Origin: a virus
Taxonomy: Duplodnaviria > Caudoviricetes
Virus record (IMG/VR): IMGVR_UViG_3300025357_000013
Coordinates: 1 to 59,196 of that record
Length of the DNA: 59,196 nucleotides
Reading direction: 5' to 3' (one strand)
Part shown: positions 48,059 to 54,693 of the stretch, piece by piece
How positions within the stretch are numbered: position 1 is the first letter of the stretch
Layout: each line of letters opens with the position of its first letter
The notes under the pieces: generated by a model
Told to the model about the DNA's origin: nothing
Seen by the model: the letters and a program-made list of their open reading frames with translations, nothing else
Database searches by the model: none
Program-made: the position numbers and the translations under genes

Positions 48059-48312
48059 TGAATAACGTCAATCTGACCGCTCTTAAAGAGTGCATCCCGG
48101 AGCTTTTAGCTCTCAACACGGAGCGCGCCGATGCGGCCCTGAAGTTCACGGCAGGCATCGAATCCGTCAGCAAAGCGACGTTTGTCGACAAGTCGATTCT
48201 GCGAAAGGTCATTAAGGCCCTGGCTGCTGACAAGACCGAAGACACCAAAAGCGAGGCCGACAACATCAGCGAGCTCTTGGTCGAGCTTCAGGAGTTTGCA
48301 GGCGCTGAATGA
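48058..48312 (+). CDS. Hypothetical helical protein (possibly GapR/DsbA-like dsDNA binder)
   Basis: Helical; DK.ILRKVIK resembles GapR-like proteins. Confidence 0.4.
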   Translation: MNNVNLTALKECIPELLALNTERADAALKFTAGIESVSKATFVDKSILRKVIKALAADKTEDTKSEADNISELLVELQEFAGAE

Positions 48313-48761
48313 GCGAGGAAAGAAGCCAGCGCTTCATTTTGCGAAACCCATGGGATGCAGAGGCGCTCTGGGGCATTTTGAAATGCTGGCAAGGCCAGGC
48401 TGAGTCTGGGGCCCCTTTAGAGGTAACGGTTGGGGTCCATGAAAAACTGCGAAACGTGGACCAAAACCGCCTTTTGTGGCGAGTCCTGACCGCGTTTTCG
48501 CAGCAGATCGAGTGGCCCATCAATGGCGTCATGCAGAAGATCAGCAAGGAAGATTGGAAAGTAATCCTTTCAGCCAGCTTCAGGGCTGAAATGGCAAGAC
48601 TGACGCAGACCACGGATGGTCGGATCGTCATGCTGGGGGTCAGTACCAGCCGCATGAGGAAGCGGGAGTTCACTGAGTTTATCGAGTTTCTTTTAGCCGT
48701 CGCCGCAGAGCGCGGCGTGGATCTTGATGAGGATGAAAAAGAGACAGAGGAAGCAGCATGA
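48309..48761 (+). CDS. ninB: NinB-like recombination protein
   Basis: RN.DQN.LLW..L...S.Q..W, EDWK, G.STSRM...EF.E.IE. Confidence 0.88.
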   Translation: MSEERSQRFILRNPWDAEALWGILKCWQGQAESGAPLEVTVGVHEKLRNVDQNRLLWRVLTAFSQQIEWPINGVMQKISKEDWKVILSASFRAEMARLTQTTDGRIVMLGVSTSRMRKREFTEFIEFLLAVAAERGVDLDEDEKETEEAA

Positions 48762-48958
48762 CCGAGCTACGCAAACAGATCCTGAAGCACATTGTTGGTC
48801 GCCAAGTATCGGCGGCTCAGATGGCTTTCATTCTTGGGAAGACAAGCAGGGAGGTTGCCAAGGAAATGGCTGACCTTCATCGAGAGCGACTGATCGAGGG
48901 AACCTGGGACAGTCTGGGTTATTGGATCTACGAAGCGGTTACCGATCCCACGGTATAG
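48758..48958 (+). CDS. Small winged-helix protein
   Basis: IL..I....SA.QMA..LG.....V...M..L....LIE. Confidence 0.55.
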   Translation: MTELRKQILKHIVGRQVSAAQMAFILGKTSREVAKEMADLHRERLIEGTWDSLGYWIYEAVTDPTV

Positions 48959-48985
48959 CGCATATCAATTACAGGAGAAACGTAA

Positions 48986-49480
48986 GTGAATCCAGAAATG
49001 AAGCAATACATCGGCACAAAGCGAATCAACGCAAAGCCGATGACCCGCTTGGAATACAACATTTTCAGGGGCTGGGAGCTTCCTGAAGACGAAGACGGCT
49101 CCGACGAAGGGTTCCTTGTTGAGTACGTCGATGGCGGAAAAGCAAACACCGGAGCCTTTGAAGGTTACGTCAGCTGGTCGCCCAGTGAAGTATTCGAGCG
49201 GGCCTACCGCGAGATTAGCGGCATGACGTTTGGCGCAGCCATCGAGGCGCTAAAGACTGGCGAGAGGGTTGCCCGGGCCGGATGGAATGGCAAGGGCATG
49301 TTCATCTACTACGTTCCCGCTAATTCATATCCAGCGCAGACGGATGCAGCCAGAAGCGTATTTGGCGACATGGTTCCCTACCGAGCCTACCTCGCTATGA
49401 AAACCGTCAATGACGAAGTCGTCCCTTGGCTCGCATCCCAGTCCGACATCCTCGAAGACGATTGGGAGATCGTTCCGTGA
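48986..49480 (+). CDS. Tad2-like (DUF2829) sponge fused to an N-terminal YIGTK...SWSP domain
   Basis: C-terminal MTFG.AIEALK.G.RVAR.GWNGKGMF...Y.AMKT......PW.ASQ.D.L..DW is DUF2829. Confidence 0.85.
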   Translation: MNPEMKQYIGTKRINAKPMTRLEYNIFRGWELPEDEDGSDEGFLVEYVDGGKANTGAFEGYVSWSPSEVFERAYREISGMTFGAAIEALKTGERVARAGWNGKGMFIYYVPANSYPAQTDAARSVFGDMVPYRAYLAMKTVNDEVVPWLASQSDILEDDWEIVP

Positions 49481-49794
49481 ACATGGGTATCGGAATAAAA
49501 ATCACTCGGGAGCGCATTGAGTCCCGGATCGACAAGGTCCGTTATTCGATCATCCCGGACACCACCACGACGATCTGCGCGATCACCATGATCAACGGCT
49601 TTGTTGTGACGTCTTCTTCTGCCTGCATCGATCCTGCGGTTTTTGATCGCAAAACAGGCGAAGAGATTGCTTACGAGAACGCGCTGGAAAAGATCTGGGA
49701 TCTTGAAGGATACCTGTTGAAAGAGCGGATTTACCAAGATCGTAAGTCGGATCCGACAAGGTCAAAGATTGTTTGGATTGAGGACGCCGTCTAG
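49477..49794 (+). CDS. N4 Gp49/Sf6 gp66 family protein (Acb4-like sponge)
   Basis: GTGA overlap; T.TIC.I...NGF.V...SAC.DP..FD...GE.IA..NA..KIW.LEGYLLKE. Confidence 0.85.
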   Translation: MNMGIGIKITRERIESRIDKVRYSIIPDTTTTICAITMINGFVVTSSSACIDPAVFDRKTGEEIAYENALEKIWDLEGYLLKERIYQDRKSDPTRSKIVWIEDAV

Positions 49795-50150
49795 GTCCGG
49801 ACAGCAAGCCACCGCTGTAAGTGTGGTGCGAGATGGGGATCTTGCGAAAGCCCCTGGCAGCCGGGAATTAGACCGGCACTTATAAGAGATGGGACTGGAA
49901 GATTCAGGGACCGCCTGAATATGGGATAGGGAATAAAAGGTAATCGATCGTAAAGCCTGTGACCTAAAGATCCTCGAATACTGGGCTGATCTCCAGAGGA
50001 AGAGGTGAACTGGAATAACGATCTCGGTCGCCAGCCCGATGTGTGAAAGATCACGAAAACAGTCCCATCCCTTATGAGCTTTATACGAAAGCGCATCATC
50101 GCCCGGTTCTGGCGATCACGGGATTTCAAAGGATGGTGCGCTTCCTTATA
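49795..50150 (+). ncRNA. Candidate structured non-coding RNA
   Basis: 19-bp long-range stem 49879-49897/50060-50078, 12-bp stem 50089-50100/50132-50143 and several local hairpins. Confidence 0.45.
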
Positions 50151-50159
50151 GGAGGAAAT

Positions 50160-50363
50160 ATGAACGCACCGAAGAAGATTTGGGTCTGGGATTACGCCGC
50201 CGATCAGATGGTCAATGAAAATCCAGATTCGACTGACGTTCCCTACATAAGAGCAGACTTAGTGGATGGGTTGGTATTCGCGTTGGAAGGATTGCAGGAA
50301 TGGGTAAATGGAACGGCTTATGACAAAGCCCGAGCCGCACTGAAAGCGTTGGAGGAAGCATGA
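50160..50363 (+). CDS. Hypothetical protein
   Basis: GGAGG SD, MNAPKKIWV...YIRADL. Confidence 0.65.
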   Translation: MNAPKKIWVWDYAADQMVNENPDSTDVPYIRADLVDGLVFALEGLQEWVNGTAYDKARAALKALEEA

Positions 50364-50563
50364 CTTGTAGGTATTGCGATGACGGGGACGGATTTTGCGC
50401 TTTCCCGCATTACGGTGTTGCTCCTCATGTTTCTGATGGGCTTGCCCCAAGCAGGATTCTCCCAGAAGAGGACTGGCCAGAAAATTTCGTGCAGGACAAG
50501 GACAACCCCGGTTGCGGGACTTATACCCACTGCCCTGAATGCGGAGACGGAGATAAACCATGA
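50360..50563 (+). CDS. Small Zn-finger protein
   Basis: CxxC...CxxC, ATGA coupling. Confidence 0.6.
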   Translation: MTCRYCDDGDGFCAFPHYGVAPHVSDGLAPSRILPEEDWPENFVQDKDNPGCGTYTHCPECGDGDKP

Positions 50564-51249
50564 GTACCGCAACCGAACTGCTGAGACGGGCGCTTGATAA
50601 ATGGGATGCAGAAACAGCTAGTTGGACCGACCTTTTTGAAGAAATCCGCGCTTTCCTCGCCGCCGAGCCAGAAGCGGATAAGCCTGTGGCGTGGATGAGA
50701 ACAACGCCTAATGGAGATCAAATAATATCTTTCCATCAAGTCGATGGTTTTGAACCCCTCTACACCAGACCCGAGCCATCAAGGCCGATGACGGAGGAAT
50801 ACATCAGGATTTTGTACGGTGATGACAATAACTTTGAGCTTACTGCGCCATACGTTATTGCGTTTGCCAGAGCGGTAGAACGGTATCACGGTATAAAAAA
50901 AGATGATGAATTTTGCGACAGTCATTGCACATGGCTTGACCATCATCCTGATTGCAAACAATTTATACCTAAGACAGAAGCAAAAAATCCTCCATTAGCA
51001 ACTGCAATAGGGCAGGCGGTAAAGATAACTGAAAACGGCGATCACATTGCTTATGAAATTTTTGACGGAGATAAGTGGTTGAGATTAGAGCCAGCCATTA
51101 GGAAGCCGATGACGGAGGAGGAGATACAGAAAGGGGTTAAACGCCTTAAAGAAATGGTAGGAAACAAATCGTCAGAAGTTTATGCAGCGTTTGAGGTTGG
51201 CATTCGCGTAGCAGAAAAATATCACGAGATAGGAGGGGGTGATGAGTGA
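50560..51249 (+). CDS. Mosaic Eaa-like hypothetical protein
   Basis: KPVAWM...PLYT.P and a duplicated PMTEE.I...A.E.YH.I module. Confidence 0.65.
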   Translation: MSTATELLRRALDKWDAETASWTDLFEEIRAFLAAEPEADKPVAWMRTTPNGDQIISFHQVDGFEPLYTRPEPSRPMTEEYIRILYGDDNNFELTAPYVIAFARAVERYHGIKKDDEFCDSHCTWLDHHPDCKQFIPKTEAKNPPLATAIGQAVKITENGDHIAYEIFDGDKWLRLEPAIRKPMTEEEIQKGVKRLKEMVGNKSSEVYAAFEVGIRVAEKYHEIGGGDE

Positions 51250-51439
51250 AACAAATATCCTTCCCAAACCTGATGCCTTGTATCGACACCACAGCGGTAA
51301 GGTCTATCAAGTTCTTGAGATTGCCAAGATGGAAGCAACCGGAGAGGTGGTGATTGTCTACCGTGAGCGTGGCTCAATAGACAACGTGTGGGTGCGCCCT
51401 GCGTCTGAGTGGTGGGATAAGTTTAGGGAGTTGGTGTGA
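51239..51439 (+). CDS. DUF1653-like SH3-fold protein
   Basis: YRH..G..YQV..IA...ATGE..IVYR.......WVRP..EW..KF. Confidence 0.75.
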   Translation: MMSETNILPKPDALYRHHSGKVYQVLEIAKMEATGEVVIVYRERGSIDNVWVRPASEWWDKFRELV

Positions 51440-51663
51440 TGAGTAAGAGAGTAATCGTAAACGCGGCCGACCTTAGAGGGGCTCTTTTGGCAACCATGGA
51501 AGGTGTATTAGAAGGTCGCGTAACAGTTGCCCAGGCAAACGCTGTTGCACAGCTTTCAGGGGAACTTCACAAGAGTATCCGCCAAGAATGGGATATGCGC
51601 GTCTATGCCAATGAGCATTTGACCTTAGAGGCCGGTCGCGTAATTGAACTGCTGGAAGGATAA
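51436..51663 (+). CDS. Hypothetical protein
   Basis: Coupled ORF with DLR..L...M.....G.....QANAVA. Confidence 0.6.
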   Translation: MMSKRVIVNAADLRGALLATMEGVLEGRVTVAQANAVAQLSGELHKSIRQEWDMRVYANEHLTLEAGRVIELLEG

Positions 51664-52246
51664 AGGCGTCTCGATGTCAATTAGAGTTTCAGAAAAAATG
51701 GCAAATGACCTTATCTCTGACATCACGAAAGGCTGTCCTTTTGGTGTTGTTGAATATCCCAGCGGATACCTTTATGCGAGTAAAACAAAAACAGACCTCG
51801 ACATCGTAATCGCCAAAACAGGAGAAACGACAGGTCTTTTTTTGATGCGCGGGTCAAAAGAGTACCGCAACGTAAAATCTAACTATACGCGATATGGTTA
51901 CCAGTATTTGGTTGCCGAAAAATTCGGTATACGGCTGGCGCGCTGGATGAAGCGGACAGGCAAAAGAGTATTTGCCCACAAATTCGTTTCACCCAAATAT
52001 CGATGGACGGCGCTGGATATGCACCAGTGCGAAAAAAAAGTACGCGACGAATTTTCTAATGGGTTTTTTACGGAAGGTGAAAAACTTGGAATCACCCGGC
52101 CCGAAGATGGATGGCTTTATCCTGGGCCTTTACGCATGCACATCGATAAAAATGGCGTATTGATTGCACTTGATCCGGAAAAAATGATTCCGTATCAGGT
52201 CATGCACACGTTTGTTGACTCGATGAGGTTGGAGAGACTGCCATGA
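51644..52246 (+). CDS. Hypothetical protein
   Basis: About 190-200 aa, AT-richer, ATGA-coupled to xis; start uncertain. Confidence 0.6.
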   Translation: MNCWKDKGVSMSIRVSEKMANDLISDITKGCPFGVVEYPSGYLYASKTKTDLDIVIAKTGETTGLFLMRGSKEYRNVKSNYTRYGYQYLVAEKFGIRLARWMKRTGKRVFAHKFVSPKYRWTALDMHQCEKKVRDEFSNGFFTEGEKLGITRPEDGWLYPGPLRMHIDKNGVLIALDPEKMIPYQVMHTFVDSMRLERLP

Positions 52247-52569
52247 TGCTCACGACAAAGGATGTCGCGGACAGGTTAAATGTCAGCACCAGGACTGTTC
52301 AGGTCTGGGTTTCGAGTGGTGAGCTGCCTGCGTTTCAAGTGGGGAAAGTGATTCGGATTGACGAAAAGGTACTGGATGAGTTCATACTTTCCGGATGCCG
52401 TACAAGCAAAAAGACAGTTCGATCTGGTGGATCTCGTACACCGATGCGACGGGCAAACGCATTAGGCGATCTTCTGGGACCACCGTCCACGCGGACGCGA
52501 AAGCGGAAGAGCAAAAGCTTAGATCAGCCTTCCACACCTTCAAACGCCGCTCAGGAGGCGCAGAAGTAG
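52243..52569 (+). CDS. xis: Excisionase (HTH_17)
   Basis: LT..DVA..L.VS.RTV..W...G.LPA..VG...RI; the tail overlaps int. Confidence 0.8.
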   Translation: MMLTTKDVADRLNVSTRTVQVWVSSGELPAFQVGKVIRIDEKVLDEFILSGCRTSKKTVRSGGSRTPMRRANALGDLLGPPSTRTRKRKSKSLDQPSTPSNAAQEAQK

Positions 52570-53384
52570 CTGACGTTTTAGCGGAATACCTGAAGCGCAA
52601 TAATCGGCTCGTCCCTAGAAACATATCCATAGGGAGAGCGCTGGACAGTTACTTCGCGGGTATCGATGCCGCAAGCGTCGATTCAACCGAAATCCACGGA
52701 TACATAGATCACCGACGCGAAGCTGGCGTCGAGGATCCAACCATCAAGCGAGAGCTCACGGTTCTCAGCGCCGCCATCGTTGAATACAACAGCCGATTTG
52801 GGACCAGCATCCCGAATGAGGTTCGGTCAGTTAAGGTGGAAGAACCTCCTGGTCGCGTCAGGTGGATCACCAAAGAAGAGGCCTCTCGCCTTATTCAAAA
52901 CGCATCGCCAGTCGTTGCCGATTTCATAAAGATCGGGATTTACACCGGGCTTCGCACACGCGACATTCTCACGCTTGATTGGAAAAAGGTCGATCTTGAG
53001 CGAGATCGCATCATTATTGAGGTGACTAGCAACCGCACCAAGCGGAAGCGCACCATCACGATTCCCATCCACCCGGTTGCAAAACTGGCATTTCTCAGCT
53101 GTAAAGACCGAGACCCGAAAAGTCCCTATGTCTTTCCGGGGAAGTCAGGTGTCATAGGAAGTTTGAAAAAGGGGTTTGCCGGAGCTTGTCGCAGAGCTGG
53201 AATCTTGGACTTCACTCCGCATGATCTTAGGCATACCTGCGCGTCATGGTTGGTCATGGCGGGTGTCCCTCTCTACGAGGTTCGGGATATACTTGGCCAC
53301 GCTTCCATCAAGTCGACGGAAAGGTACGCGCACCTTGCGCCAGAGAACCTTGTCGGCGCGATCGGTAAGCTCGGCCTTCTATGA
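52395..53384 (+). CDS. int: Tyrosine integrase
   Basis: TGLR, HDLRHT.ASW, LGH.S...T.RY catalytic motifs. Confidence 0.95.
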   Translation: MPYKQKDSSIWWISYTDATGKRIRRSSGTTVHADAKAEEQKLRSAFHTFKRRSGGAEVADVLAEYLKRNNRLVPRNISIGRALDSYFAGIDAASVDSTEIHGYIDHRREAGVEDPTIKRELTVLSAAIVEYNSRFGTSIPNEVRSVKVEEPPGRVRWITKEEASRLIQNASPVVADFIKIGIYTGLRTRDILTLDWKKVDLERDRIIIEVTSNRTKRKRTITIPIHPVAKLAFLSCKDRDPKSPYVFPGKSGVIGSLKKGFAGACRRAGILDFTPHDLRHTCASWLVMAGVPLYEVRDILGHASIKSTERYAHLAPENLVGAIGKLGLL

Positions 53385-53604
53385 CATCCACTATGACACC
53401 GGCTATGATTGCGCCGCTAAGTCATTGTTCTTTATGTGGACGAAATGCGCGATATGCGTCATAGTAGAGACATAGAAAGTCAGTGAAACCCATACGCCCC
53501 GGTAGCTCAGCTGGATAGAGCATTCCCCTCCTAAGGGAATCGACCGCTCCGGAGGCCGCGTAAACAAAGGCTTCCAGACTTCTATGACATCAAACTATGA
53601 CATC
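53379..53604 (+). mobile_element. attP with arm-type repeats
   Basis: CTATGACA(T/C)C at 53379, 53391, 53582 and 53595 (partial at 53403), flanking a tRNA fragment. Confidence 0.8.
53496..53540 (+). tRNA. 5' fragment of tRNA-Arg(CCT), the att core; not a full tRNA
   Basis: GCCCCGG-TAGCTCAGCTGGATAGAGC-ATTCCC-CTCCTAA-GGGAAT, with no T-arm or 3' acceptor strand after it. Confidence 0.85.
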
Positions 53605-53614
53605 GAGGTTTTGA

Positions 53615-53902
53615 ATGAAAGCGCTATTTTTGGCTCTTCTATTTGCTGCTGACGCACATGCCGTCCGCTACGTTCCCACCATTCCCGGAACCGATGTTCC
53701 ATATCCCGGCGCTGAGGCCTTAGTGGTACGAGGCAATGAGGCGTATTACACGCTGCCCAACCTGAACGCGCGCGATTTGAGCCGTGGCGGTTACTACCGC
53801 CAGGGTAATGAATGGATCCCGACCCTCCCCTCCTCTCATGCCAGAGACTGGTCAGAGCCGGCGATCAAGATGGAGGGAGACGGATTTTGGGATGATTTTT
53901 AA
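53615..53902 (+). CDS. Secreted moron protein
   Basis: GAGG SD, signal peptide ending AHA, three (P/Y)T(I/L)P..rD repeats. Confidence 0.65.
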   Translation: MKALFLALLFAADAHAVRYVPTIPGTDVPYPGAEALVVRGNEAYYTLPNLNARDLSRGGYYRQGNEWIPTLPSSHARDWSEPAIKMEGDGFWDDF

Positions 53903-53981
53903 GCTGAGGGATTGACTGCGTTTCGGGTCGGTTGATACCTTCCGACTCGGATCCCCCAATCCACGTTCAGCGAGAAAAACA

Positions 53982-54236
53982 ATGCGAAGAATTACAGTCG
54001 CCCTGATGATTGGCTTAATGGCGTCCGCCTGTAGCCCTGTTCCATTCAAGATTTCCAGCGCACCTGCCAACAAAACCCCTGAGCAGAAAAGTCTGGACAA
54101 TCTTGAGTGCAACAAGTCATCAGAAGTTCAGGGCCCATGGCTGTTTGGTATCGGAACACTGGCATACAGAAGAATGGCAGCCAGTGGCTACGAAAAGTGC
54201 ATGAATGCCAGGGGCTATAAGGTCGAAGAGCAATAG
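53982..54236 (+). CDS. Lipoprotein moron
   Basis: Lipobox ASAC, D..EC...Y..CM.ARGY motif. Confidence 0.75.
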   Translation: MRRITVALMIGLMASACSPVPFKISSAPANKTPEQKSLDNLECNKSSEVQGPWLFGIGTLAYRRMAASGYEKCMNARGYKVEEQ

Positions 54237-54237
54237 C

Positions 54238-54693
54238 CTAGATTTGGGCTGCCAGATAGTTCTGCAGCCCAATCTCATCAATGATGCCGAGCTGGGCGGT
54301 ATACCATTCGATATCGTCTTCGGTGTCATTGGTGAGTTTCTGCAGCACCTTGAACGTCTGCCAATCCTGTTCGTCATCGTCGGCGGACTGCATGAGGTCC
54401 GTAAGGCTACGAAGAACGCGGGTCTCGGTGGCAAGGTCCGCCTCAAACATGGCTTTCACGTCCCAGCTGGATTGTGCCTTAACGGGCAGTTGCGGGATGT
54501 AATCAGGCCAGCCTCCCAGCTGCTGAATCCTCCGAATCACTCGATTCGCGTGTCCGCGCTCTTCCTTTGCCGATTCTTCATATCGTTTGGCCAGCTTTTC
54601 ATAGCCGCGAAACTTCAGAATCTGGGCCTGTCCCGCATAGCGGACATTGGCGCTGATTTCGAGGGGAAGATGCTTGTTCAGCTGATCAATCAT
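54238..54693 (-). CDS. bfr: Bacterioferritin-like protein
   Basis: Colinear with Bfr: LN..L..E..A...Y, ES..E..HA...I.RI..L.G.P, M...DLA.E, W...L..I..IGLQNYL.AQI. Confidence 0.85.
   Translation of the reverse strand: MIDQLNKHLPLEISANVRYAGQAQILKFRGYEKLAKRYEESAKEERGHANRVIRRIQQLGGWPDYIPQLPVKAQSSWDVKAMFEADLATETRVLRSLTDLMQSADDDEQDWQTFKVLQKLTNDTEDDIEWYTAQLGIIDEIGLQNYLAAQI

Noticed and set aside
49791-50129. Minus-strand 112-aa ORF
   Set aside because: It opposes the operon and has no SD or motif; the region is better explained by RNA structure.
53496-53570. Functional phage tRNA gene
   Set aside because: No T-arm (TTCGA) and no 3' acceptor strand; it is an att core.
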